64,000 nt of DNA from an uncultured bacterium (GCA_963726455.1 CAVSCK010000005.1:1-64000), one strand, 5' to 3'. Shown: positions 11,022 through 21,383, numbered from the stretch's first letter. Translations and numbers: made by a program. Notes: generated by a model from the sequence alone, not told the origin.

Positions 11022-11602
11022 CGTGAATAGGCCATGATAATGAGGAGACGATTCTCCGTCAACTAGTATAAATCAAGGCAGGGTTCTGAAAGATAGCTGG
11101 TGGCGATACGCTTTGCTATTGTTGAGCAAAGCCAACTAGACTCAGCCGTCATCATCGACGGTTATGGTCGTCCGGCCCGCCGAGGACACTCCAGAAGGGA
11201 ACAAATATATCTGACTTAGGGATTATCATTGTTTTTGGGAGAGAAGTTCAAGAGGACTCTATAAAACAACTAGGGGAAGCTGTCCTCTCCTACTTCACTG
11301 ATACACCCAATGGCATCAGTCAAGAGCTTCCCCTGTCGATACACAACTGAGGCGTACCTCGACATTATTATACTGCTGACTTTCTATTTATGCAACAAAA
11401 ATATTGTCGAAAGTTCTAAGTTTTTGCAGACTTTTTCCCCCGCAACCTGCCACACTGTCAACACTTGACAGTGACGACCTTCCCTGATATACTGCCTCAT
11501 AGCGATTCCGCACGCCCCATCCGGCTACCGGAGTCGCCGAATTTTCGATGAAATTCCTGTTGCCGGTCGCGGCAGTTTACGAAAATAAAGGAGACAATCC
11601 CC

Positions 11603-12733
11603 ATGACAACATTCTTGGTTTGCGGCGCCGGCATGATGGCAAAAGCTCTGGTGTATGACCTGCTCAAATTCGCTAACCCAAAGAAAATCATTGTCTTGGA
11701 TATGGACAGCAACCGTCTCGAAAGCATACGGAGTGATAAGATTGAAACTCATACCGGCGACCTGACCGATCGAAAATTCATTGAACCCTTTTTCAAAGAG
11801 GCCGACATCGCTTGCGGGGCCGCCAGCTATAAACTCAATGCCTTCCTGGCCGACTGCGCCATCGCCTCCGGAACCCACTTCATCGATATGGGCGGCAACA
11901 ACACCGTCGTCGAGCAACAATTTGCCATGTCCGACCGCGCCGCCAATGCCGGGCTGACCGTCATTCCCGATTGCGGCCTGGCTCCCGGGATGGCCTCAAT
12001 TCTCGCGACCGACGGCATCAATCGATTCGACAAAGTCGATTCCGTAAAGATGCGTGTCGGCGGGTTGCCACAACATCCGCAGCCGCCGCTGAACTACTCG
12101 ATCTTCTTTTCTCCGGAAGGTCTGCTCAATGAATACCGCGAGCCGACTGTCGTACTGCGAGAAGGCAAGTTGACCCAACTGCCAAGCTTGACTGAAGTCG
12201 AGGAATTGTCCTTCCCGCCGAACTTTCCCATACTCGAAGCGTTCCACACCTCCGGCGGCGCTTCGACGTTGCCTTACACTTATGAGGGAAAGATTCGCGA
12301 TCTCGATTACAAAACCATTCGCTATCCCGGCCACGTCGAAAAGATCAAATTCCTGTTCGACCTCGGCCTCGCTGATGAAACACCCTACGCCATCGACAAC
12401 ATCCGCATCACTCCCGATCGTCTCTTACGCGAAGTGCTCTCACGCCGTCTGCCGCAGAATGCGCCCGATGTCATCCTCTGCTACGTCGAAGTCATCGGCA
12501 GCACCGAGGGCAAATCGGGCAAGGCAACATATTACATTGAGGACTATCTCGACACGACCACCGGCCACTCAGGCATGCAGCGTACGACCGCCTTTTCGGC
12601 CGGCATTGTCATGCAGATGATCGCTGAAGGCACGATCACCAAGCGCGGCACGCTCCGCAGCGAGGACGGCATCAATACCCGACGCTATATCGATCTGCTC
12701 AAGCAGCGCGGCATCGCAATCAAGATCAACTGA
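11603..12733 (+). CDS. Saccharopine dehydrogenase / lysine 6-dehydrogenase family protein
   Basis: Rossmann GAGMMA; HFIDMGGN, DCGLAPG, VGGLPQ, SPEGLLNEY, EAFHTSGG, YKTIRYPGH. Confidence 0.9.
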   Translation: MTTFLVCGAGMMAKALVYDLLKFANPKKIIVLDMDSNRLESIRSDKIETHTGDLTDRKFIEPFFKEADIACGAASYKLNAFLADCAIASGTHFIDMGGNNTVVEQQFAMSDRAANAGLTVIPDCGLAPGMASILATDGINRFDKVDSVKMRVGGLPQHPQPPLNYSIFFSPEGLLNEYREPTVVLREGKLTQLPSLTEVEELSFPPNFPILEAFHTSGGASTLPYTYEGKIRDLDYKTIRYPGHVEKIKFLFDLGLADETPYAIDNIRITPDRLLREVLSRRLPQNAPDVILCYVEVIGSTEGKSGKATYYIEDYLDTTTGHSGMQRTTAFSAGIVMQMIAEGTITKRGTLRSEDGINTRRYIDLLKQRGIAIKIN

Positions 12734-12986
12734 CTTGATTGCCCGGCACCGGCTCTTTAGTCGGAAGTCAGCGAGTCCGGCAGTTGATTTGCCGGCGCCT
12801 TTCCGCCGGGAATTTCGCCTGAACTGGATCGAAATTGTGTATATGGCCAAAGAGGGCTCCTGACAATTGAGTTCTGAGCAGAGCAGGCCTGCTCAACTTA
12901 TCCGCCAACACCCGCCCCATAACTGAGTATCAACTTAAGACTGCGTACGGTGCTCGTTAACGATCACGTAGTGGGAGCTGGAAACT

Positions 12987-13637
12987 ATGGTTGAGCCATT
13001 CCTCGTCAAAGATTGCGCGTTGATTTCATGTATGGGCGGCGTTGAGCCGGCCATGAATCTGCGCGAATTGCGGGAGCGCACTGCCAACTGTCCCATTGAG
13101 TGCCTGTTCCACCACTTCTGCCAGACTGTCTTGCGGCCGACTTTCGATGATCCGGAATTTCGCAACGACCTGGCAGTTTGGGCCGCCAGGGATTTGCGCG
13201 ATCGCACGGTCGCCGAGCGTCTCGGCGCCATCAACCCCTACCAATTCGACGACCTGGAGCAATTGCGCCGCCAGACTCTCGAAATCATCGACAACCGTCT
13301 GAGTGAACTCGAAACGCTTGCCTGGGTACCACGTGGTCTGGAATTTCGTTTTATGAGGTCATTAACCATAGTCTTCGATACCGGTTTGATTCTCCGGACA
13401 CCCGAGGATTTCGTCGCGAACATTGCCCAAATGAGTTCGAGCACCCTATATTTTCACTTCGTAGTCGCGCAGGGCCGATTTCCCAAAATGATTGATGACT
13501 TTTCCGTATGGCTCGAACAATTCGGCAGCGACACCGAATCGATTGTCACTGCTTTGCGAAGTGTCGACTTCTACTATTTGACTTTGAGCGAACTCAAGAC
13601 CGAGCTTTGCACCGCACTGAAAGTCACAGGAACCTGA
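12987..13637 (+). CDS. DUF5752-like protein associated with trehalose synthase
   Basis: Duplicated (A)xNLREL...LFHHF...NDLAVW / TLYFHF...DDFSVW pattern; typical position upstream of treT. Confidence 0.75.
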   Translation: MVEPFLVKDCALISCMGGVEPAMNLRELRERTANCPIECLFHHFCQTVLRPTFDDPEFRNDLAVWAARDLRDRTVAERLGAINPYQFDDLEQLRRQTLEIIDNRLSELETLAWVPRGLEFRFMRSLTIVFDTGLILRTPEDFVANIAQMSSSTLYFHFVVAQGRFPKMIDDFSVWLEQFGSDTESIVTALRSVDFYYLTLSELKTELCTALKVTGT

Positions 13638-13643
13638 CCCCAC

Positions 13644-14885
13644 ATGATACCGATGCACCTGTCATCCTATGCCGAAATTACCGGCGCTGAAGCAATCTCC
13701 CAGTTGCAGCAACTCGCCGGCGACCTGGCCGGGGCCAGCGTCGTGCATGTCAATGCCACCCGTTCCGGCGGTGGCGTCGCCGAAATCCTGAGTTGGCTGG
13801 TTCCGCTCATGAACGATCTGGGAATCCATGCCTCGTGGGAAGTCATTCAGGGCAGCGAAGATTTCTTCCGTGTGACCAAATTCTTCCACAACAGTTTGCA
13901 GGGAGCACCGGGCCGCTTTCCAGAGTCGCGCCTCCGGCTGTACGAAAACGTCGTTGCCGAAAACGCCGAGCGCTTGCGCACAAAACTCGAGGACGCAGAT
14001 TTCGTGTTCATTCACGATCCGCAACCGGCCTATCTGCTCAACCTGTGTCCGAACCGCAAAGGGAAGTGGATCTGGCGCTGCCACATCGATGTCAGCCACC
14101 CGAATCATTTCACCTGGAGCTATCTGCGGCGCATCGTGACGGGTTACGACGCCAGCATCTTCTCCATGCCGATCTTCGCTCAGCATCTCGACCACCGGCA
14201 GTACATCATTGCCCCCAGTATCGACCCGCTCAGCGAAAAGAACCGCGAACTCCCGGCGTCTGAAGTCGCCGAGATTGTCACCGGCTTGGGTATCGATCCC
14301 ACCATTCCGATACTCAGTCAGATCTCCCGCTTCGACCGTTTTAAAGATCCAGTCGGTGTTGTGTCCGCCTTCAAGATGCTCGGTCCCCGACTCCAGGCCC
14401 AACTGGTTTTGGCGGGTGGCGGAGCGTCCGATGATCCCGAAGGCGAAGCCGTCTATCAGGAAGTCCTCGACGCCAAGGCCGACGATGACCGCATTCACGT
14501 ACTTCTATTGCCCAACGATGCTCACCGGACTATTAATGCCTTGCAGCGTGTTTCGACGATCGCCATACAGAAGTCGTTGCAGGAAGGATTTGGCCTGACT
14601 GTTACGGAAGCTTTGTGGAAAGGCAAACCGGTTATCGGCGGCAACGTCGGCGGCATTCGCCTGCAAGTGCACAACCATCACACCGGCTTTCTGGTCGATA
14701 CCCCGGAGGGTGCGGCGCTGCGAATTCGCGAGCTATTACAGCATCCGCGCAATTGCGAGCGGATGGGCCGGGTTGCTCACGAATTCGTGCGCGAAAATTT
14801 TCTGCTCACGCGAAACCTGCGCGAATACCTGACTCTGTTGCTGGGCCTCAAACGGGGGACATCCAGAGACACGGTGATCGCCTGA
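13644..14885 (+). CDS. treT: Trehalose synthase (GT4 glycosyltransferase, TreT)
   Basis: HVNATRSGGGVAEIL, FIHDPQP, WRCHID, PSIDPLSEKN, SRFDRFKDP, DDPEG, QKSLQEGFGLTVTEALWKGKPV. Confidence 0.9.
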   Translation: MIPMHLSSYAEITGAEAISQLQQLAGDLAGASVVHVNATRSGGGVAEILSWLVPLMNDLGIHASWEVIQGSEDFFRVTKFFHNSLQGAPGRFPESRLRLYENVVAENAERLRTKLEDADFVFIHDPQPAYLLNLCPNRKGKWIWRCHIDVSHPNHFTWSYLRRIVTGYDASIFSMPIFAQHLDHRQYIIAPSIDPLSEKNRELPASEVAEIVTGLGIDPTIPILSQISRFDRFKDPVGVVSAFKMLGPRLQAQLVLAGGGASDDPEGEAVYQEVLDAKADDDRIHVLLLPNDAHRTINALQRVSTIAIQKSLQEGFGLTVTEALWKGKPVIGGNVGGIRLQVHNHHTGFLVDTPEGAALRIRELLQHPRNCERMGRVAHEFVRENFLLTRNLREYLTLLLGLKRGTSRDTVIA

Positions 14886-14910
14886 GCCAGGATACTAGAT
14901 CAACACATTT

Positions 14911-17142
14911 TCATTCTGGTCGATTCGTCTTCGACATTGCGCTCGTCCCCAGCAGCCGATTCAGAACGTTGATCACGTCCAGATGATTGTGCACGTTGAA
15001 TCGGGCGTGCGATTGCGACATCCCGACCTTGATCGTGTACGCCGACTCCGGCAAGACTCGGAACAAATCCTCATCCGTCCAGTCATCACCGATCGCGAGC
15101 ACAAAATCATACGGCTTGCGCTGCAGCCAAAACAGAGCGGCAATTCCCTTGTTGACGCCCGCGTTGCGAACTTCCACCACCTTGTTGCCGTGTAGAACCT
15201 GCAAGTCGATATTCGACGTGAACTCTACCAGATTATCGATCAGTTCCTTTGCCCGCACCGAAGCCAGCTCCGGATCGGCGCGACGGTAATGCCACGCCAG
15301 CGAAAATTCCTTTTCCTCCAGAAACGAATCCGGAAGCCGGTCAACATATGCTTGCAGTATTGGCCGGACATGTTCGCGCCAATCATTGACCATCGGCTTT
15401 GTCAGACGCCATTGATTGTCTCTTGTCTTCAGCCAGACTCCGTGCTCTGCCACCAGTCCGATATTGTAATCTGCGAACCAGTGGTCCAATTTTTGCCGGT
15501 CGCGGCCGCTGATCAGCACAATGTCCGTGTTGGCACCTTCCGACGGACGAACCAGTATCTTCAACAAATCCTCTGTCGGTTTCGCGAGATCAGGGTAATC
15601 GGCAAACGGCACCAGCGTGCCGTCGTAATCAAGCAGCAACAATCGCTGTGTCGCCCGTTCGTAGGCAACTTCTATTTCCTCCATCGCCCGATGCGAAAGC
15701 AGCCGCGCTGCAAGTCGCAAATTGTCCTCCTTCACGGTCGCGAGCGTGCGAATAAAGTCCTGCCCCCAGCGCACAATGTCGTGGCTGCGCAAACGCGAGC
15801 GCATCACCTGGTTGCGCCGCATCTGTTCTGACACCGATATTTCCAACGCGCTCTTAATACCCTCGGCGATCTCCGACACGCTGTTAGGATTGACAATGAT
15901 GGCCTCACCCAGCTCACGCGAAGCGCCCGCCATCTCGCTGAGTATCAGCACGCCGGTTTGATCCGATCGCGCCGCCAGATATTCCTTGGCAATCAGGTTC
16001 ATCCCGTCGCGCAACGGCGTCACCAGCGCGACATCGCTGACCGCATACATCGCCGCCACCGAACTGAATGGCGCCAGCCGGTACTGATAAATGATCGGCG
16101 TCCAATGCACCGAGCCAAAACGCCCGTTGATCTCGCCGACTAGCTCATTGATGAGACTAAGCATCTTATGGTATCGCTCCACGCTGGTCCTCGACGGCAC
16201 CACCACGCAGAGCAATACCACTTTGCCGAGCCATTCGGGATTGTCTTCCAGGAATTTGGCATATCCCTTGAGACGCGGCACAATACCCTTGGAATAATCG
16301 AGGCGGTCAATCGACAGGACAACTTTGAGATTGTCCAGCCGTCGTCTTAGTTCGCCGGTCTCCTCCGACACGTCCGGCCTCGTCTGTGCCCGGTCGAACA
16401 ACTCAAAATCCACGCCCATCGGAAACGTCTCCACTTTGACAGACCGATTCGCAAGTGTCACCGTTCCCATATCGTTGTCGATTCCCAGTATGCGGTTGAC
16501 GCAACGCAGGAAATATTGCGTGTAATCGTAAGTGTGAAATCCAACCAGATCGGCGCCCAGCAATCCCTCCAGCAGTTGCGTGCGCCACTTCTGCGGGAGC
16601 AGTCGAAATATCTCGAATGACGGAAACGGGATATGCAGAAAGAATCCGATGGAAAGTTCCGGTGCGCGGTCTCGCAATAGTTGCGGGAGCAGCATCAGAT
16701 GGTAGTCATGAATCCATACCGTATCATCCGGCTGCAATAGTTGCAGCGCCGCCTCGCAGTATGCCTCGTTGACCGCCAGGTATGGCTCCCACAGGTCGTC
16801 GTCGAAGCTGGCGTACGACGGCAGATAGTGAAACAGCGGCCAGATCGTCCGGTTGCACAATCCGAGATAGAAGCGGTCCATTTCGCCCTTGGTGAAAAAT
16901 ACCGGCACTGAATTGTGCGCCTTGCGTGCCTCGCGCGTGATTGTCTCGCGTTCCGTCCGGGAAGGATAGACTCCCGGCCAGCCGATCCAGATATGATCGT
17001 CACGCGCGGCTGTATCGCCCGACTTGTCCAGAAACGATTTTACGCCGGTCGCCAGTCCGCCGACACTCGGAGTGAAAATCAGTTCGCCGTTTTCTCTTCC
17101 GACTGTGAAGGGGAGGCGATTGGAGATGACCACAATTCTCAT
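14911..17142 (-). CDS. Bifunctional trehalose-6-phosphate synthase/phosphatase (OtsA-OtsB fusion)
   Basis: MRIVVISNRLP, GGLATG, WIHDYHL, FLHIPFPS, DRLDYSKG, RDGMNLIAKEY; HAD domain LDYDGTL, GDDWTDED. Confidence 0.95.
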   Translation of the reverse strand: MRIVVISNRLPFTVGRENGELIFTPSVGGLATGVKSFLDKSGDTAARDDHIWIGWPGVYPSRTERETITREARKAHNSVPVFFTKGEMDRFYLGLCNRTIWPLFHYLPSYASFDDDLWEPYLAVNEAYCEAALQLLQPDDTVWIHDYHLMLLPQLLRDRAPELSIGFFLHIPFPSFEIFRLLPQKWRTQLLEGLLGADLVGFHTYDYTQYFLRCVNRILGIDNDMGTVTLANRSVKVETFPMGVDFELFDRAQTRPDVSEETGELRRRLDNLKVVLSIDRLDYSKGIVPRLKGYAKFLEDNPEWLGKVVLLCVVVPSRTSVERYHKMLSLINELVGEINGRFGSVHWTPIIYQYRLAPFSSVAAMYAVSDVALVTPLRDGMNLIAKEYLAARSDQTGVLILSEMAGASRELGEAIIVNPNSVSEIAEGIKSALEISVSEQMRRNQVMRSRLRSHDIVRWGQDFIRTLATVKEDNLRLAARLLSHRAMEEIEVAYERATQRLLLLDYDGTLVPFADYPDLAKPTEDLLKILVRPSEGANTDIVLISGRDRQKLDHWFADYNIGLVAEHGVWLKTRDNQWRLTKPMVNDWREHVRPILQAYVDRLPDSFLEEKEFSLAWHYRRADPELASVRAKELIDNLVEFTSNIDLQVLHGNKVVEVRNAGVNKGIAALFWLQRKPYDFVLAIGDDWTDEDLFRVLPESAYTIKVGMSQSHARFNVHNHLDVINVLNRLLGTSAMSKTNRPE

Positions 17143-17343
17143 GGGTTGTCCTCCTGCTGCCCCTCGGCGCGGATTCAAGGTTCGTCTGACAGCGCCCGAT
17201 GATTGTGTGCCCGCAAGTGATACCCTCCCCACGCGCAGAATTTTTGCCGCAATTGATTACTGGCTGACCGGCAAGAGGTTAGGTCACCTCAAAATCTCGC
17301 CCTTCTCTCATGCCTTGCCGCCACGCACAGTGCGCGGAATGTC

Positions 17344-17656
17344 GTAGGTCGGTGTTCCGAGTCCCATCTCCGCTAGACGATTCGGACGAAGACATCAATC
17401 CTCGACCATCTTGCAACATGCCTTCCCAAAATCACGGGACGAGATCGGTGGTTTATCCGCAGCGATTCCCATGCCGATCTTGTTCTCCAATTCGACCTCT
17501 TGGCATTTCTAGCACTCGTTCGGAACCCGACCTACTACTGAATTTGATTTGCGCACGTAGGTCGGCGTTCCGAGTCCCGTCTATGCGAAACGATTCGGAC
17601 GATACCATCATTTTCGACCATCTTGCAACACGCCTTCCCAAAATCACGGGACGAGA
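17344..17656. repeat. REP/REPIN-like element with a ~100-bp direct duplication
   Basis: 17344-17444 and 17557-17656 are near-identical and both start GTAGGTCGG(T/C)GTTCCGAG. An inverted partner TTCGGAACCCGACCTAC sits at 17519-17535. Confidence 0.8.
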
Positions 17657-17742
17657 GACCCGACACTCGTTCTCCAATCCGCTCACAACACCCCGGAACT
17701 TCGCCCCTTCCCGCGTGTAAATACCCATAAATAGGGAGACCC

Positions 17743-18354
17743 TTGGTGCATCGTGTAACGGCCGCTTTAATCACACCGCTATTTTTCCTTTTCACGGTCT
17801 ATAGCTTTGGCTGGTTCTGCGTCCCGGCTCCGGGAAGTTGTTCCGCAATTGAGATGGCCGGCTGCTGCGATGAACAAGCTCCCGAAGTATCTCGCGCCTG
17901 CGCATCTTCGTGCGAACGAGCATCAGAAGAAGATCCGGCCGAGGATGCCTGCGACGGACCTTGTGCCGGCCACTGCAAATCCGCCCCAGTGACGGACACC
18001 AAGTGCATCGCTGCCACAGAGCCAACTCGCTGTGAGAACGCCGACGCCAGGTGCCATGGCCGGGCAGTTTTTTCGGAAGAAATCCCGATTATGTTGCGAC
18101 TCTGCGAACGACCCGACAACACTCGCTGCGCGAGCAAGCCGGACGTTCCCCAAAACTGCAAACCCATTCGTTGTATATTAATTCATCCTCTTGTGGCGGA
18201 CTCGCCGCCGAAGACATTGACTCCCGCAAGTCCGGTAGCTGTTGATGCTCCTGATCTGCAACCACAATTCGCAGCCACCGCACGCGCCGGACCTGTTTAC
18301 GCGCAGGTCAACGCCATAATTCCCATAGTCAAAACGACAGTTCTCCGGATTTAA
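17743..18354 (+). CDS. Cys-rich protein with N-terminal hydrophobic segment and RAGP motif near the C-terminus
   Basis: GGGAG RBS; many Cys (CC, CxxxC, CxxxCxxxC); ends ...ATARAGPVYAQVNAIIPIVKTTVLRI. Confidence 0.55.
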   Translation: MVHRVTAALITPLFFLFTVYSFGWFCVPAPGSCSAIEMAGCCDEQAPEVSRACASSCERASEEDPAEDACDGPCAGHCKSAPVTDTKCIAATEPTRCENADARCHGRAVFSEEIPIMLRLCERPDNTRCASKPDVPQNCKPIRCILIHPLVADSPPKTLTPASPVAVDAPDLQPQFAATARAGPVYAQVNAIIPIVKTTVLRI

Positions 18355-18433
18355 GACCCGGCAGCGGCCATGAATCTCGCGTGGTCGAGGAGTCAAGTTC
18401 TTAGATCGTTAAACTTTATTCAAGGAGAATGTT

Positions 18434-18832
18434 TTGAAGAGAATTTCCTTTTCAATAGCACTGGCTCTGGCGCTGGTCATGTTGTTTGGCGCCGGCAGTG
18501 CACTCATGGCTTGTGGTAATGCTTGCACGACAGCTAAGAGCAGCGACTGCGGTCCCTGCCCGATGACGAAATCCGCATCGACCGCTACCAAGGTCGAGGC
18601 GCAGGCAGCCAAATCGGCGGCCTGTCCCTTCGACTGCTGTCAGGGTGATCCGAGCAAATGTCCCAGCCCCGACTGTCTCGGCAAGGGTAAGGATTGCGGC
18701 GGCAAGTGCGACGGAATCTGCCCGAAGGGATGCTGCAAGACCACTTCATCTTCTGATAAGACGAAGTCCGGCGCCACCGTCAAGACAGTCAAAGCCGTGG
18801 AAGTGAAATCTCAGACCGCCGGCTCCGCTTAA
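18434..18832 (+). CDS. Small secreted Cys-rich (metallothionein-like) protein
   Basis: AGGAG RBS, signal peptide, 14 Cys in the mature part, followed by a terminator. Confidence 0.7.
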   Translation: MKRISFSIALALALVMLFGAGSALMACGNACTTAKSSDCGPCPMTKSASTATKVEAQAAKSAACPFDCCQGDPSKCPSPDCLGKGKDCGGKCDGICPKGCCKTTSSSDKTKSGATVKTVKAVEVKSQTAGSA

Positions 18833-18869
18833 ACGCGCTAGCTGATTCATCTGAGTTCATTCTTATTTA

Positions 18870-18913
18870 CGAGGACGCTCCCATCTGGGGGCGGCCTCGC
18901 TTTCTTCCTTTTT
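18870..18913 (+). terminator. Rho-independent terminator
   Basis: GAGGACGCTCCCA-TC-TGGGGGCGGCCTC hairpin followed by a T-rich tract. Confidence 0.55.
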
Positions 18914-19234
18914 GTAGTCCCGAACACCAAAAATCTCGATCAGCACCTATATATGGGGACTATGATGTTCCGGCGCGGCGGGTCAACTTGCTGCGTTCTG
19001 TGGGTCTGGGATAGTGTTCAGATCGGCGTAACTGCCGGTCAGGATATTAGTTGCGGAATGACGGTGACGACTCAGCTAATGTTATGCCAAACAATAGCCG
19101 TCGCGCCCAAGGCCTGCATGCTCTTTGACATGTCGCACCGAAGGGTGCGACCCATACGAAATGTGCCGTGGTGTATCCTGCGTACTGCCGTGCGCGACTA
19201 CAACAATGGCTGTAGTCGGGGCGATGGCCTTTGC

Positions 19235-19552
19235 CTACATGCCGAGGCCGGGGATATTTAAGCCGCCGGTCAGTTCGGACATCGTGTCCTGCTGTAGCTT
19301 GGAGGCAGTCTCCTGCGCTTGCGTGATGGCGGCGACAATCAGGTCTTCCAGCATCTCGATATCGCCATCTTTAACAACCTGTGGGTCGATCTTGACCGCC
19401 TTAAGGTCACCTTTGCCGGTGACAATGGCCTTGACCATGCCGCCGCCGGCCGAGCCCTCGACTTCCTTGGTGTTGAGCTCTTCCTGCAGTTCCATCATCC
19501 GCGCTTGCATCTTCTGGACCTGCTTCATCATGTCGCCAAAACCTTTCGGCAT
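19235..19552 (-). CDS. ybaB: YbaB/EbfC nucleoid-associated protein
   Basis: MMKQVQKMQ...VEGSAGGGMVK...DIEMLEDLIVAA; downstream of dnaX. Confidence 0.95.
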   Translation of the reverse strand: MPKGFGDMMKQVQKMQARMMELQEELNTKEVEGSAGGGMVKAIVTGKGDLKAVKIDPQVVKDGDIEMLEDLIVAAITQAQETASKLQQDTMSELTGGLNIPGLGM

Positions 19553-19638
19553 CTATTTTCTCCTCCGAGTACGAGTAGCTAGTTTCATTACCTCTGTGCG
19601 AATACGAATCAGAGTTATCAGGTTATTGCGGCCGGCGA

Positions 19639-21304
19639 TCAGACATTGTCTTCAGGCAAATCCTGGCGGGAGATAAGCTCGGCATTGAAGACTTCCATCG
19701 CCTTGACCACCGCCGGATGATCGGCTTTCTCGCTGTCGGCCAGCAGTCCGACTTTGCCGCCGTTCTCATGTTGATGCGCCATGTTCTTGTCGACGAAAAA
19801 GTGGAAGCGATATGGCTTGCCGGTAACGCCCTTGATCACATGTTCGAGCGTCGTCTGGATCTCGCGATCCTGAAGTTGCCGCACATGGACCTCGCCGAGC
19901 CGGTCAAACGCCACACTGATTTTGTTCTCCTCAATGCTGCGCGGTTCCGCCAACGTCAATTTGATTTGCACGTTGCGATGGGTGGCTTTGAGCGCCTGCA
20001 GAAACTTCTGCCAGATCGACGCCAAATCAGCCGGTGTCGCCGGCGATGACGGTGACGCTTGTTGATCGGACGTTTGTGCCGATGGCGATTCGGGAGGCGT
20101 CAGCTTGAGCTCCTCTTTGACCGGTACGGGTGTTGCCGGCGACTCCATCTTGAGGCCGCCCGGATTGCCACAAAGTTTCTTGCAGCACGCTTTCCAGCGT
20201 AACGGAATCTTCCATGGCAACCAGTTTCAGCATGGCCAACTCGATATTGATCACCGGGTCGAAGCCGTCTCTGATCTTTTGTTCCAGACTGACGAGCAGA
20301 TTTTGGATGCGCAGCAAGTCGTTGAGCGAGTAACCCTCAAGAATGTCGTCGTACTGCGCCGTTTCCTCTGAGCGTAATCCCGTACTCTGGCGCAAGTTTC
20401 GGCGCGGCTTTGAGCAACAAGCAGAATTCGTAGTTCTTCTTGAAAGCCGCGCACAAATTCAGTCGCGTCGATTCCGGAATTCAAGCACGGCATTGACCTT
20501 GTTGATAATCTCTGCGAGCGTTCTTCTGCGCGAATCAGTCCAAGCATCGCGCACATATTCGCCGCGCGGTACGATACCCAGAGCGCTCTGTCAGAAGTTG
20601 CGCGTCGATCACTGTCATGCTGCCAGATGCCACCTGATCGAGAATCGACAGTGAATCGCGCAACGAACCGTCACCGCGTTTGGCCAATTCCGCCAGCGCT
20701 TCATCGGTGATCTTGATGCCTTCCTTGTCGGCTATCTGCTTGCAGAGCGTGCCTTCAATTCGGTCTCGGAAATGCGCTTGAAATCGTAGCGCTGGCAGCG
20801 CGAGAGAATGGTCTGCGGGACTTTGTGAACTTCGGTCGTCGCAAAAATAAACACCGCGTGTGCCGGCGGTTCTTCCAGTGTCTTGAGCAGCGCATCAAAA
20901 GCCGAGGCGCTCAGGCGGTGGACTTCGTCGATGATGTAAATCTTATGTTTGCCGCCGGTCGGCGCGTACTTGATCGATTCGCGCAATTCTCTGATGTCAT
21001 CAACGGAAGTATGGCTGGCGGCATCGATTTCGAGGATGTCGAGTGAGTGACCTTTGATGATCGCCAGACAGGATTCGCACTGGTCGCACGGTTCCGCGCC
21101 TTGCGGATTGGCGCAGTTCAAGCGTTTGGCCAGAATTCGCGCAACCGAGGTCTTGCCGGTGCCGCGCACACCGCAGAAGAGATAGGCCTGTGAGACGCGG
21201 TCGTTTTCGATCGCTTTGGTCAGTGTCTCGGTGATGTGTTTTTGTGCGACCACATCGGCGAATTTCTGCGGTCGATACTTGCGGGCGAATACAAAATAGC
21301 TCAC
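19639..21304 (-). CDS. dnaX: DNA polymerase III subunit gamma/tau; several frameshifts
   Basis: [44 protein letters not shown]; later [14 protein letters not shown]; C-terminal fragments extend to 19639. Confidence 0.92.
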
Positions 21305-21383
21305 GAGCGTTTCGACATCTAGCGGGGCGCGTCGTTTCCCACCCTTCGGGTGGACATCTGCTCATTTGCTGTACGACGGTTTC

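Noticed and set aside
11497-11602. Lysine riboswitch upstream of the saccharopine dehydrogenase
   Set aside because: No recognisable L-box conserved core or terminator architecture.
1-21304. Multiple split genes (DUF2723, ERCC4-like, rarA, M16 peptidase, dnaX) as pseudogenes or programmed frameshifts
   Set aside because: Breaks are numerous, clustered and hit essential dnaX at several sites while motifs remain intact, so indel sequencing errors are more likely. I saw no clear slippery site that would give a programmed gamma/tau shift.
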